Assembly: GCA_049303795.1 (NCBI GenBank) | Contig: JBAQNM010000005.1 | Location: forward strand, 121,597 to 185,596 | Length of the DNA stretch: 64,000 bases | Origin: Candidatus Moraniibacteriota bacterium | Lineage (GTDB): Bacteria; Patescibacteriota; Minisyncoccia; Moranbacterales; UBA2206 | Direction of reading: 5' to 3' | Shown here: positions 47,917 to 58,286 of the stretch, piece by piece | Layout of the letters: every line of letters starts with the position of its first letter | Numbering within the stretch: position 1 is the first letter of the stretch | Notes under the pieces: generated by a model | Database searches by the model: none | What the model was told of the DNA's origin: nothing | The model's input: only the letters and a program-made list of their open reading frames with translations | Made by a program: the position numbers and the translations under genes

Positions 47917-50637
47917 TCAATGTTCTTTTTTCCTGACCTCCTCCCAAAAAAATACCACTATAAATGAGCCAAAAACAACTAACCAGTCAAGCCAATCAAT
48001 TGGAGACATGTGCAAATATTTTTGACAAAAAGGCAAATACATAAATAAAATTAAAATTAAAACTGATATGAAGATTGACCAAATCGCGTATTTATTTTTA
48101 AAAAATCCCAAACGAAAAGGTGAGAGTGTTTCACTTCTTGCTTGCAATAGGTTCGCCATCTGTGTCATTGAAAGCACAGCATAGGCAGCTGTGGTAGATT
48201 TAAGATATAAAACACTATCAATAGAAAAAGCTTGGCTAAAATACCAACCACCACGAAGCATAGACCAAAGAAATGCAACCACTGCACCAGCTGCCATAAT
48301 AATACCTAAATAGATAATACGTCGAAAACCTTCAAAACTCATAATACTTCGCTTAGAATTCAAACTTTTCTTATCCATTCCTGGCTCTTCAGGCTCAAGA
48401 CCCAACGCAAAAGAAGGAAAGACATCTGTTCCTAAATCAATTGCTAGGATTTGAACTGCTGAGATTGGAGATGGAATTTGCAATAAAACTCCAAAAATTA
48501 CCGTAAAAAGCTCACTAGCATTCGAGGTAAAAACATAATGCACAAATTTTTTAAGATTCTGAAAAATCGTTCTTCCTTCACGAATACCTTTTACAATTGA
48601 CGCAAAATCATCATCCATAAGAATCATATCTGCCGCTTCCTTAGAAACATCCGTACCAATAATTCCCATTGCCACACCAATATCTGCTTTTCTCAGTGCT
48701 GGGGCATCGTTCACACCATCTCCTGTCATAGCAATCACCTCACCATATTTTTTTAAAACTGTTGCGATACGCAATTTTTGCTCCGGTGCAATTCGAGCAA
48801 AAACACAAGCACCTTTTTTTATTCTTTGGTATAGCCCCCTATCTTTTATGGTGTCTAGCATTTTTCCATTAATTATTACTTCAATATCTTCATTTTTTTT
48901 ATCATCTAAAAGACCAACATTTCTAGCAATTGCTCTTGCCGTCACTTCATAGTCTCCTGTAATCATAACAACGGATATACCTAAGTTTCGACATTCTGCA
49001 ATTGCTCGCGAAACATCCGTGCGCGGAGGGTCAATCATTGCCATCATTCCAACCCAAACTAAATTTTTTTCAGCTTCTAGCAAATATTCAGTCTTACTAA
49101 CTCCTTCTAACTCACGATAAGCAAAAGCTAAAACTCGAAGCGCATCATTTGACATTTGATTGTATTGCAATTTAATTTCCCCTCTTTCTTTTTCAGTTAA
49201 TGGCAAAATAGCATCTCCTGTTTTAATAAATTCACAAAGATCCAAAATTACATCAGGAGAACCCTTGACATAAGAATTTATTTTTGCATTCTTATAGACA
49301 ACACTCATTCGCATCCGTTCAGAAGAAAAAGTATTTTCAGTTATTTTACGCTCTCCTCTTTCATAGAATTTTTCCGATTTATTATATTTTTTTCCTGCTA
49401 CAATAATTGCTCCCTCAGTTGGATCGCCGACTATTTTATATTTTCCATCATCCAGAATCAAATTTGCATCATTACAAAGAGAACCAATACGAAAAATCAA
49501 TTCCAAATTAGCGATTTTTTCTGGATCAACTTTTTCCGCATTGAGATAGAAACTACCCTTTGGATTGTAACCAACACCATCCAGATTAAACATTTCCTTG
49601 TTTACCACTACCTTTGTAACGGTCAACTCATTGCGTGTGATGGTGCCAGTCTTATCTGTACAAATGATAGAAACTGAACCTAGTGTTTCTACTGCATTTA
49701 ATTTTTTAGCTAAGACATTATCCTTAATCAGCTTCTTCATCCCAAAAGACAAGGCCACAGAAATTGCCGCTGGCAATCCCTCTGGCACAACCGAAACGGC
49801 TAGCGCTAATGCAAAAATAAAATTCTGATAAAGTGACATCTTGAAATATTGTCCAGCAATCAAAACAATGATTCCCACAAAAATTGAAAGAACTGCTACA
49901 TCCCTACCTAAGACCTGCATTTGTTTTTGCAACGGAGTTGGTTCGTCAACCACTTCATTGGTAAGATGTGCAATTCGACCAAGCTCCGTTTTCATTCCTG
50001 TTCCAGTTACGACAAATCTTGCTTCACCAGTTGATACTGTTTCTCCCATGAAAACCATATTATCGATATCAGCAAAAGCAATATTGCTAATAGCTAATAT
50101 TTTTGTCTCCTTTTTTCTTGGCTTAGATTCTCCGGTGAAAATAAAGCTATTAACGCGTAAATTATAGCTTTCCAGGAGATATCCGTCAGCTGGAACATTA
50201 TCACCAGCAGAAACAAAAACAACATCGCCAGGAATAATTAACTTAGCATCCAATTGCCTTTTTTCGCCATCCCTATATACCAAAGCATAATTAGTAGTCA
50301 ATTTTTTTATGCTTTCTAAAACTCGATCGGCTTTAAATTCTTGAAAAAAACCAACTGTTGCATTAATTAAAATAATAATCGAAATAATAGTTGCATCACG
50401 AAATTCACCAAAAGCCAAAGCTAAGAAGGCTGCCACTAAAAGAATCCACACCAAAGCATTATTAAATTGATCCCAAATTAATTTAAATAATTTCCACTTA
50501 TGTTTTTTAACAATTCTATTCTCTCCAATTTCTTTTAATTTAAACTTTGCCTTTTCTTGACTTAATCCATCCTGACAAGAATTAAATTTTTTAAAAACCT
50601 CTTCTGGGCTTAAATTATAGATTTGTTTTTTAAGCAT
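47917..50637 (-). CDS. P-type cation-transporting ATPase, type IIA Ca2+-ATPase-like (YloB-like)
   Basis: CTDKTGTIT phosphorylation motif, VPEGLPA in TM4, ITGDYEVTA hinge, GDGVNDAPAL. Ten predicted TM helices. 906 aa. Confidence 0.85.
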   Translation of the reverse strand: MLKKQIYNLSPEEVFKKFNSCQDGLSQEKAKFKLKEIGENRIVKKHKWKLFKLIWDQFNNALVWILLVAAFLALAFGEFRDATIISIIILINATVGFFQEFKADRVLESIKKLTTNYALVYRDGEKRQLDAKLIIPGDVVFVSAGDNVPADGYLLESYNLRVNSFIFTGESKPRKKETKILAISNIAFADIDNMVFMGETVSTGEARFVVTGTGMKTELGRIAHLTNEVVDEPTPLQKQMQVLGRDVAVLSIFVGIIVLIAGQYFKMSLYQNFIFALALAVSVVPEGLPAAISVALSFGMKKLIKDNVLAKKLNAVETLGSVSIICTDKTGTITRNELTVTKVVVNKEMFNLDGVGYNPKGSFYLNAEKVDPEKIANLELIFRIGSLCNDANLILDDGKYKIVGDPTEGAIIVAGKKYNKSEKFYERGERKITENTFSSERMRMSVVYKNAKINSYVKGSPDVILDLCEFIKTGDAILPLTEKERGEIKLQYNQMSNDALRVLAFAYRELEGVSKTEYLLEAEKNLVWVGMMAMIDPPRTDVSRAIAECRNLGISVVMITGDYEVTARAIARNVGLLDDKKNEDIEVIINGKMLDTIKDRGLYQRIKKGACVFARIAPEQKLRIATVLKKYGEVIAMTGDGVNDAPALRKADIGVAMGIIGTDVSKEAADMILMDDDFASIVKGIREGRTIFQNLKKFVHYVFTSNASELFTVIFGVLLQIPSPISAVQILAIDLGTDVFPSFALGLEPEEPGMDKKSLNSKRSIMSFEGFRRIIYLGIIMAAGAVVAFLWSMLRGGWYFSQAFSIDSVLYLKSTTAAYAVLSMTQMANLLQARSETLSPFRLGFFKNKYAIWSIFISVLILILFMYLPFCQKYLHMSPIDWLDWLVVFGSFIVVFFWEEVRKKEH

Positions 50638-50654
50638 TTTGTTTTTGATTTATT

Positions 50655-52049
50655 TCACACTTCCCTCAATTTCTCCACCACTTCCCAAACATTCCCAGCA
50701 CCAATGGCAATAACAACATCGTTTTTTCCAACTTTGCCTTTTAAAAATTCCACCACTTCATCAATTGTTGAAACATACTCCGCCTTACCATGGTTATATT
50801 TATTTATTAATTCCACCAACTCTTTTGAATTCACCTTTCCTGAATTTTCCCTGGCTGAACCATAAATATCTAGAATAATAACCTCGTCAGCATCATCAAA
50901 AGATTGCGAAAATTCTTGAAATAATGCCTCTGTTCTAGAGTATGAATGTGGATGAAAAATTGCTATAATCTTTTTTTTCGGATAAATTTCGCGTGCTCCT
51001 TTTAATGTCACTTTTATCTCTTCCGGATGATGACCGTAATCATCAATCAATATTGCGCCATTACACTGCCCAATATATTCAAATCTTCTTTTTGTTCCCT
51101 TGAAGTTAATGAGTCCTTTTCTGACTTTTTCCATATCTAGATTTAATTTATGACAAACTACTATTGCTGCACAAGCATTTAAAACATTATGCTTTCCAAC
51201 CAAACTAATTTCGAACTCGCCCAAATTTATATTTTTATGTTCGATATTAAAAATCTGAGTTTTAAGATGTGACTCGGAATCCTTTATTTTCATGTTCGAT
51301 ATTCTATAATCACTCTCGTCTGAAATACCATAAGTCAAAACAGTACAATGGGCATACTTGGAAATTTCTAAAGTATCTGTACTACCTGCCCAAACGACCA
51401 AAAATCCAACTTTTGGAATGCGCGCTACAAAATCCTTAAAAGCTTGTTTGTATTCATTAAAAGTTGGATATGTATCTGGATGATCCCAATCAAGACTCGT
51501 CAAGATAACTGCCTTTGGATCATACAACTTTAATTTGTTTTGAAATTCATCCGTTTCCGCCACAAAGAATTCTCCCTTTCCAGAAAGAGCATTTCCTTCC
51601 CAATTAATAACCCGACTTCCAATTATCGCACCTGGATCAACACCAATTTCTTTCATGATATGCGCTAGCATAGCAGAGGTAGTTGTTTTTCCGTGCGTTC
51701 CGCAAACAGCAATTCCATATCTCTGATTAAAAAGTTCAGCCAATATTCTTGGATAACTAATCATTTCTAGGTTTCGCCTTTCCGCCTCCTGAAATTCTAC
51801 ATTATTATTTTCATTGTATGCCGTAGAGTAGATCACCAGATCAATGTCTGCCGGAATATTCTCAGGAGAAAACTTTTCAAAATATTCTACGCCCAATCTT
51901 TGAAGAATTTCATCAGTGAAAAATTTCTCTGATATATCTGAGCCAGTAATTTCAACTCCCATCGCATGTAAAATTTCCACAACCGCAATCACGCCAGAAC
52001 CTTTGATGCCAATCACGTAAGCTTTTTTGATTTTTTTTAAATCAAACAT
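50655..52049 (-). CDS. murC: UDP-N-acetylmuramate--L-alanine ligase
   Basis: YVIGIKGSGVIAVVE...GSD N-terminus and CGTHGKTTTSAM P-loop. 464 aa. Confidence 0.85.
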   Translation of the reverse strand: MFDLKKIKKAYVIGIKGSGVIAVVEILHAMGVEITGSDISEKFFTDEILQRLGVEYFEKFSPENIPADIDLVIYSTAYNENNNVEFQEAERRNLEMISYPRILAELFNQRYGIAVCGTHGKTTTSAMLAHIMKEIGVDPGAIIGSRVINWEGNALSGKGEFFVAETDEFQNKLKLYDPKAVILTSLDWDHPDTYPTFNEYKQAFKDFVARIPKVGFLVVWAGSTDTLEISKYAHCTVLTYGISDESDYRISNMKIKDSESHLKTQIFNIEHKNINLGEFEISLVGKHNVLNACAAIVVCHKLNLDMEKVRKGLINFKGTKRRFEYIGQCNGAILIDDYGHHPEEIKVTLKGAREIYPKKKIIAIFHPHSYSRTEALFQEFSQSFDDADEVIILDIYGSARENSGKVNSKELVELINKYNHGKAEYVSTIDEVVEFLKGKVGKNDVVIAIGAGNVWEVVEKLREV

Positions 52050-52089
52050 ATTTTCAACAATTATTGATTATCTGATCTTTATTTACAAT

Positions 52090-53190
52090 CTATTTAATCA
52101 TCCCCAGAATTCCATCCGCAATTTTGTCTGCTGCATCCGGATGATAGAATGTTTGAATATTTTTAGCCAATTTATTTCTGAGAATATCATCCTCCATAAT
52201 TTCATCGATCTTTTCCAAAAGAAGATGTTCGCCCATATTATTTTCTTCCATCACAACACATCCCCCAACCCGAGCTAGAGAATAAGCGTTCATTCTTTGA
52301 TGATCATTAGCTGATTTTTCAATCGGAATAATAATTGATGGTTTTCCGTTAGCAGCAATTTCAGAAATAGAATTTGCTCCTGCTCGTGAAATAATCAAAT
52401 CTGCTGCTGCTAATATATCTATGAGTTCTTCTTTCAGAAAAGGAACGATATGGAAACCATCATGCCCTGATTTAAAACCTAATTCACCCGCCCTACGTCT
52501 AACTTCTTCAAAATTAGCCTCGCCAACCTGATGAATAATTTGATATTTACGCATAAGCTGTGGCAAAATATGTAGAATTCGATCATTAATGCTTTTAGCT
52601 CCCTGTGATCCTCCCCAAATAAAAATCGTTTTTTTTGATTCCGTTAAGCCAAAAATTTGACGTGCCTTTTGCGCATCGCCTTTATTAATATCATCACGCA
52701 AAGGATTACCCGTCAAAACAACTTGCCCCACTGGAAAATATTTTTCTGCTTCCAAATAAGCCACTGCGACACGCTTAGAAAATTTTCCGATCATCGAATT
52801 AGCCAGTCCCGGATTAGAATCGGATTCATGAGTTAAGACTGGTATGCGATATAACCAACCAGCTATCACCACCGGAAAAGATGCATACCCGCCCTTAGAA
52901 AAAATAGCATCTGGCATATAAACAAAAAGTAGCCACAAAGACTTAATGATCCCACAAGGAACTCTAAAGAAGTCAAACATATTGTGAAAAGAAAAATAAC
53001 GTCGTAATTTTCCTACTGGAATATTTTTAATTGGAATATTTTCTCTGCCCATGATATCATCTTCTAACTTACCTTTTGGCCCAATAAAAAGAAACTCTGC
53101 ATCAGGAAGTCGTTCTTTAATTTTTCTTGCCACAGAAATTAATGGCATGATATGCCCACCCGTTCCTCCGCCTGTAAGTACTATTCGCAT
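52090..53190 (-). CDS. murG: UDP-GlcNAc:undecaprenyl-PP-MurNAc-pentapeptide GlcNAc transferase
   Basis: MRIVLTGGGTGGHIMP N-terminus, GT28 family. 366 aa. Confidence 0.85.
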   Translation of the reverse strand: MRIVLTGGGTGGHIMPLISVARKIKERLPDAEFLFIGPKGKLEDDIMGRENIPIKNIPVGKLRRYFSFHNMFDFFRVPCGIIKSLWLLFVYMPDAIFSKGGYASFPVVIAGWLYRIPVLTHESDSNPGLANSMIGKFSKRVAVAYLEAEKYFPVGQVVLTGNPLRDDINKGDAQKARQIFGLTESKKTIFIWGGSQGAKSINDRILHILPQLMRKYQIIHQVGEANFEEVRRRAGELGFKSGHDGFHIVPFLKEELIDILAAADLIISRAGANSISEIAANGKPSIIIPIEKSANDHQRMNAYSLARVGGCVVMEENNMGEHLLLEKIDEIMEDDILRNKLAKNIQTFYHPDAADKIADGILGMIK

Positions 53191-53229
53191 AAATTTAACT
53201 TAAGTTGATTAATTATAAAACTATTCTAA

Positions 53230-54330
53230 TTATATCTTACTATATTTTGAGATATTAAGCAGTACCCCAATGCCAGCCAGAAGAAAAACGAGAGATGTTC
53301 CGCCATAACTAATAAATGGCAGAGGAATTCCAGTAAGTGGAATTAAACCCGAAATTGCAGAAATATTAATGAAGGCCTGAAAAATAATCCATGAAGTGAT
53401 ACCAACCGCCACTAATTCAGAAAATTTATCTGGTGCATTTTTAGCAATACGAAATCCTGTTATAGCAAAATAAAGAAAAAATGAAACTAACACAACGCAA
53501 CCAATCATTCCCAGCTCTTCGCCAATTATGGCAAAAATTGAATCCCCAACAGGCTCTGGCAAATAATTGAATTTTTGCATACTATGACCAAGACCAACAC
53601 CAAAAATTCCGCCTGATCCAATTGCTAAAAGTGCTTGGTTGATTTGATATCCGATACCACGCGGATCAATTTCCGGATGAAGGAAAACTAAAAAACGATC
53701 CATACGATATGATTCAAATTTAATAAGCAAGGCTAATGCGGAAAAACCAGCGACAGCAATTGAAATTATATGCGCCAACCTCGCGCCAGAAATAAAAAAA
53801 ATAGACATAGTGATAAATATGATCACACCTAGAGTTCCCATGTCTGGTTGTTTTTCTAACAAGAAACTGACAACACCCACCACCATTAAAAACGGTAAGA
53901 GTCCCTCATAGAAATCTTTGACTTTTTCAGCACGACTTTCAAACCAAGCTGCTAGATAAAAAATAATTGATAATTTAAGCATTTCTGATGGCTGAAAGGA
54001 AAATGGTCCTAACTGCAACCATCGACTGGCACCATAGACTTTTGAACCAATACCAGGAATGAAAACTAAAATCAAACAAAAAATACTGGCCACAAAAAAT
54101 GGTAAAGACATTTTTTTCCAAAAAGTATAATTAATTTTTTGTGCAATATACATAATTAAAAATCCAGGCAAAACACCATAAATCAATTGATGTTTAAAGA
54201 AATAATAAGAATCACCAAAACGACTGCGTGAATAAGCTATTCCCGCTGAAGCAATCATTGCCAATCCAAAAGCAACCAAAAGAATAATGATGAATAATAA
54301 GTTTTTATCGATTACTTTTTTTTCTTGCAT
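53230..54330 (-). CDS. ftsW: SEDS-family peptidoglycan polymerase FtsW
   Basis: Ten-TM FtsW/RodA/SpoVE protein immediately upstream of murG. Confidence 0.8.
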   Translation of the reverse strand: MQEKKVIDKNLLFIIILLVAFGLAMIASAGIAYSRSRFGDSYYFFKHQLIYGVLPGFLIMYIAQKINYTFWKKMSLPFFVASIFCLILVFIPGIGSKVYGASRWLQLGPFSFQPSEMLKLSIIFYLAAWFESRAEKVKDFYEGLLPFLMVVGVVSFLLEKQPDMGTLGVIIFITMSIFFISGARLAHIISIAVAGFSALALLIKFESYRMDRFLVFLHPEIDPRGIGYQINQALLAIGSGGIFGVGLGHSMQKFNYLPEPVGDSIFAIIGEELGMIGCVVLVSFFLYFAITGFRIAKNAPDKFSELVAVGITSWIIFQAFINISAISGLIPLTGIPLPFISYGGTSLVFLLAGIGVLLNISKYSKI

Positions 54331-54337
54331 TTTTTAG

Positions 54338-54994
54338 TTATTTTTTTAATTTTTTATCAGAAATTTTTGAACGCCATTTCTCAATTTCATTATGATTTCC
54401 GCTAAGCAAAACATCTGGAACATTCCAACCGTTGAACTCTTGTGGCTTGGAATATTGCGGATATTCTTTATAACCAGGAGAACTGTGAGATTCATACTTA
54501 GCACTCTCCTCATTTCCTAGAACTCCTGGTAAAAGTCGCGTCACAGAATCAACTAAAATCATTGCCGGTAGCTCTCCGCCAGTAAGAACATAGTCACCAA
54601 TTGAAATTTCTTCATCAGCAATATATTCCGCCACTCGTTCATCCACGCCTTCATAGCGTCCACAAATAAAAATCAAATTTTCATATCTAGCGAGCCTTCT
54701 TGCCGTATTCTGAGTATACCTTCTGCCTTTAGCAGAAAACAAGATAATTCTGGTTTTTTTTGTTTTATTCTTAATTGATTTGATGCAATTAAAAATCGGC
54801 TCAACTTGAAGCACCATTCCTGCGCCACCGCCATAGGGCGTATCATCCACTTTTTGATGTCTATCAGTCGAATAATCACGCAGATTATGAATATCAATTT
54901 TGATTATTTTTTTTTCTAAAGCACGTTTAATAATCGACTCCCTGAAGTAGGCATCAAAAATAGCTGGGAAAATTGTAACTATGTTGAATTGCAT
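54338..54994 (-). CDS. trmD: tRNA (guanine37-N1)-methyltransferase
   Basis: [16 protein letters not shown] start with SPOUT fold motifs. The ORF-track start at 55021 would overlap the upstream terminator hairpin; the ATG at 54994 matches homologues. Confidence 0.85.
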   Translation of the reverse strand: MQFNIVTIFPAIFDAYFRESIIKRALEKKIIKIDIHNLRDYSTDRHQKVDDTPYGGGAGMVLQVEPIFNCIKSIKNKTKKTRIILFSAKGRRYTQNTARRLARYENLIFICGRYEGVDERVAEYIADEEISIGDYVLTGGELPAMILVDSVTRLLPGVLGNEESAKYESHSSPGYKEYPQYSKPQEFNGWNVPDVLLSGNHNEIEKWRSKISDKKLKK

Positions 54995-55016
54995 ATATAC
55001 AATAATAGCAAAACAA

Positions 55017-55049
55017 AACAAAAAAGGCTAACCGCAATCAGCCTTTTTC
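55017..55049 (-). terminator. putative rho-independent terminator downstream of the KH-domain gene
   Basis: aaaaaAAGGCTaaccgcaatcAGCCTTttt: 6-bp stem with A-run and T-run flanks. Confidence 0.35.
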
Positions 55050-55069
55050 ATAAATTCTATTTATATAGA

Positions 55070-55411
55070 CTAGATTGACATATCGCCAACAACTTCATCA
55101 ATACTCTTTCTTTCTTCTCTTGGCTCCCTGTCTTCTCTTGGTTTTCGCTCAGATCCTTCTGGTTCGTTAATCTTAAGATTAACTCTGGCATTGTTTCTAG
55201 CACCAATTACACGAAGCAATGTGCGAAGAGCTTTAGCAGTTGCACCCTCTCTTCCAATAATCATTCCCATATCTTCTGGATTAACATCAAGCGTAATGAG
55301 CACGCCCATTTCGTCGATTTTTCTTTCCACCTTAACATCATCAGGATGATTAACAATTTGCTTCACAACATACTCCACAAATTCTACGTCACTAACTTGA
55401 ATTGTAGTCAT
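55070..55411 (-). CDS. KH-domain RNA-binding protein (YlqC/KhpA-like) with charged C-terminal tail
   Basis: GMIIGREGATAKALRTLL GxxG KH motif. Adjacent to trmD, as in the rpsP-ylqC-rimM-trmD context. Confidence 0.7.
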   Translation of the reverse strand: MTTIQVSDVEFVEYVVKQIVNHPDDVKVERKIDEMGVLITLDVNPEDMGMIIGREGATAKALRTLLRVIGARNNARVNLKINEPEGSERKPREDREPREERKSIDEVVGDMSI

Positions 55412-55593
55412 TTTAGTATTTCTAGATTAAAGATTAATTCTTATAAAGTAAAAGTGCTTCGGAAGATCGACCACCCCTATTGCCACGCTCTTACTTTTCG
55501 TTTTTATTATACGAATTTTTTATTATTTTGTCAAAAAATAATTACCTAAAAAATATGAAAAAATATCGCACCCAATACTTACCTTATTTAAGC

Positions 55594-56361
55594 CTAAATG
55601 CTAGCTCTATCAATTCCAATACTCTTTAATAAATTTTCAAGCTCTAGACCTTCAATCTTACGAGACTCTCTTGATTTTAAATTACCAAGTTCGACATTCA
55701 TAATTCTTACGCGCTTGAGATCCTGAACCGTCCGTTCTAATCTTTCACACATTCGCCGAATTTGTCTTTTTTTGCCTTCGGTTAAAATTATGGAAAAAGT
55801 CAGATCGTCTATTTTTCTCACTATCGCACTTCTAGTTTTATATCCATCATCTAAAATCACTCCGTCGGTCATTTGCTTGATGAAGGCTGGGCTCATTTTT
55901 CTATCGACAGTAACAAGATATTCTTTTTCATGATAATGATCAGGATTAAGCATGCGATCAGTAATGCGACCATCGTTAGTCAGAATAATTAAGCCATGAG
56001 AATCTTTATCTAAACGTCCAATAGGAAAAACTTTTTGAGGAAATTTTACAATATCTTCAATGCTTTTTTCACCTGCTTGCGGACTATGAGTAACAATGCC
56101 ACGAGGCTTATTGAAAGCCAGGTAGATTAATTCCTTATTTCGACGAATATTTTTATCAATTTTAACATCATCCCCATCTTGAACTTTATCACCCAAAACA
56201 GCCAACCGATTATTAATTTTGACTCGACCCGACTTAATAATTTCATCCGCCTCTCTTCGCGTGCAAAAATTATTATAGGCCAAATATTTATTAATCCGAA
56301 TCGGGAAAACGATTTCTTTTTTCATGAAAATACCTATTATACTTAAACCCCAATCTAGCAC
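55594..56361 (-). CDS. pseudouridine synthase, RsuA/RluB family with S4 domain
   Basis: S4 domain near the N-terminus and catalytic GRLDKDSHGLIILTNDG motif. Confidence 0.8.
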   Translation of the reverse strand: MLDWGLSIIGIFMKKEIVFPIRINKYLAYNNFCTRREADEIIKSGRVKINNRLAVLGDKVQDGDDVKIDKNIRRNKELIYLAFNKPRGIVTHSPQAGEKSIEDIVKFPQKVFPIGRLDKDSHGLIILTNDGRITDRMLNPDHYHEKEYLVTVDRKMSPAFIKQMTDGVILDDGYKTRSAIVRKIDDLTFSIILTEGKKRQIRRMCERLERTVQDLKRVRIMNVELGNLKSRESRKIEGLELENLLKSIGIDRASI

Positions 56362-57191
56362 AAAACATTAATTTTGTCCACTACATCGTCAATTAAAAAT
56401 TTTGCTGTTGATGCGCCTGCCGCAATACCGATTTTTTCAGCATTCGAAAACCATTCACTTTGCAATTCACTAGCCGTTTCTATATGATAAGTTGGAATTT
56501 TTTGCTCCTCGCTTAGTTGCACTAACTTTCCAGTATTGCTTGAGTCTCTTCCTCCAATCACAATCATCACATCCACCTCTTTGGCTAAGGCAGAAATCTC
56601 CGCTTGTTTCGTCGAGCTATCCAAACAGATTGTATTTTCAATAATTAATTTTTTATTCTTTTCTAATAAATTAGCTACCGTATTTTTTAAGAGATCTATT
56701 TTTTGGGTTGTTTGACTAAGAATGCCAACTGTTTTTTTAAATTTTAAACCTTTAGCTTCAGCCGCATTATGAATCATCATTGCTGAATTACCAGCCCAAG
56801 CATTAATCCCTAGCACTTCGGCATGATTTGGATCACCACAAATTACTACATCACAATCATCCTCATAAAATTTTCTCGCCACCATTTGAGCGCGCCTCAC
56901 AAACGGACATGTTGCATCTAAAATATCTACCCCGTTAGCTTTAATTTTTTCCACTATTTCTGGGGCAATGCCATGACTACGAACTATAAATTTACTACCA
57001 GCCGGAATATCTTCTATTTTTTTAACAGTTACTAAGCCTTTTTTCTCTAATCTTTCAATGACTTGATGATTATGAATCAGCGATCCTAAGCAATAAACAG
57101 TTTCTCCTTGCTCAAGAGCTTTTTCTACAATATCAACGGCTCTTTTCACTCCAAAACAAAACCCGGCATTTTTAGCAATTATTATTTGCAT
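56355..57191 (-). CDS. ispH: 4-hydroxy-3-methylbut-2-enyl diphosphate reductase
   Basis: AKNAGFCFGVKRAV N-terminus with three conserved Cys for the 4Fe-4S cluster. 278 aa. Confidence 0.85.
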   Translation of the reverse strand: MQIIIAKNAGFCFGVKRAVDIVEKALEQGETVYCLGSLIHNHQVIERLEKKGLVTVKKIEDIPAGSKFIVRSHGIAPEIVEKIKANGVDILDATCPFVRRAQMVARKFYEDDCDVVICGDPNHAEVLGINAWAGNSAMMIHNAAEAKGLKFKKTVGILSQTTQKIDLLKNTVANLLEKNKKLIIENTICLDSSTKQAEISALAKEVDVMIVIGGRDSSNTGKLVQLSEEQKIPTYHIETASELQSEWFSNAEKIGIAAGASTAKFLIDDVVDKINVLC

Positions 57192-57211
57192 ATATCCATA
57201 TAACTTAAAAT

Positions 57212-58267
57212 TTATTTTATCTTCTCAATTTCCTCCAAAAGTGCGGAAAGAATTTGATCTTCTTTGACTGATTTTATCACCTTACCTTTAGCAAAAATTG
57301 CGCCCATGCCTTTTCCACCAGCCACTCCGATATCCGCTTCACGCGCTTCACCAGGACCATTAACCACACAACCCATCACTGCAATGTGAATATCTTTATC
57401 CATACCTTTAACTGCCTCTTCTACTTTCTTGGCTAAATTAATTAGACTAATTTGCGTCCTTCCGCAAGTTGGACAACTCGTCACTGTCACTCCTCTTTTT
57501 CGTAACTTCAATGATTTTAAAATTTCCCAAGCCACATCAATTTCATCCAACGGATCAGCAGTGAGTGACACCCGAAGAGTGGCTCCAATTCCTTCGTAGA
57601 GTAAAATTCCAAGTCCAATTGAAGACATAATCGTGCCACGAAAAATTGTGCCCGCTTCTGTCACCCCAATGTGTAATGGATATTTAACTTTCTTGGAAAG
57701 CAAACGATATGCCTCAACTGTTCTTTCAATATCAGAAGCTTTGAGTGAAATCAGAATATCCTTAAAATTGTGACGTTCCAAAATTTTAATATGACGCATC
57801 GCCGATTCCACCATTCCTCTAGCTGTCACTTTGTCTTTATATTTTTTCAAAATATCTTTTTCCAGTGATCCCCCATTAATTCCAATTCTAATTGGAATTT
57901 TTTTCTTTTTACACGCCATCACAACCGCTTTCACTTTTTCATCAGAGCCAATATTGCCCGGATTAATTCGAACTTTATCAACTCCCTGCGCAACAGCCTC
58001 TAGCGCTAATTGATAATCAAAATGAATATCTGCTACTAGCGGAATATGAATTTGTTTTTTTATCTCGCCCAAAACCTTTGCCGCTGTCATATCCGGCACT
58101 GCCACACGCACAATCTCACAGCCAATTTTTTCCAAAGCTAAAATCTGCTTGACTGTTGCCTTAACATCACGCGTATCAGTATTACACATTGACTGAACTC
58201 GCACCGGATTGTCTCCACCCAATTTATACGGACCGACTTTGACAACTTTTGAAATATATTTTTTCAT
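57212..58267 (-). CDS. ispG: 4-hydroxy-3-methylbut-2-enyl diphosphate synthase
   Basis: VKVGPYKLGGDNPVRVQSMCNTDT N-terminus and C-terminal CPTCGR...GCVVNGPGE cluster motifs. Confidence 0.85.
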   Translation of the reverse strand: MKKYISKVVKVGPYKLGGDNPVRVQSMCNTDTRDVKATVKQILALEKIGCEIVRVAVPDMTAAKVLGEIKKQIHIPLVADIHFDYQLALEAVAQGVDKVRINPGNIGSDEKVKAVVMACKKKKIPIRIGINGGSLEKDILKKYKDKVTARGMVESAMRHIKILERHNFKDILISLKASDIERTVEAYRLLSKKVKYPLHIGVTEAGTIFRGTIMSSIGLGILLYEGIGATLRVSLTADPLDEIDVAWEILKSLKLRKRGVTVTSCPTCGRTQISLINLAKKVEEAVKGMDKDIHIAVMGCVVNGPGEAREADIGVAGGKGMGAIFAKGKVIKSVKEDQILSALLEEIEKIK

Positions 58268-58286
58268 AACTCTAAAATTAAATTGA

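Noticed and set aside
55412-55593. A 180-bp intergenic region upstream of the KH-domain gene, as a possible small RNA or riboswitch.
   Set aside because: No convincing conserved structure or known riboswitch consensus was recognisable by eye. It is most likely an ordinary promoter region.
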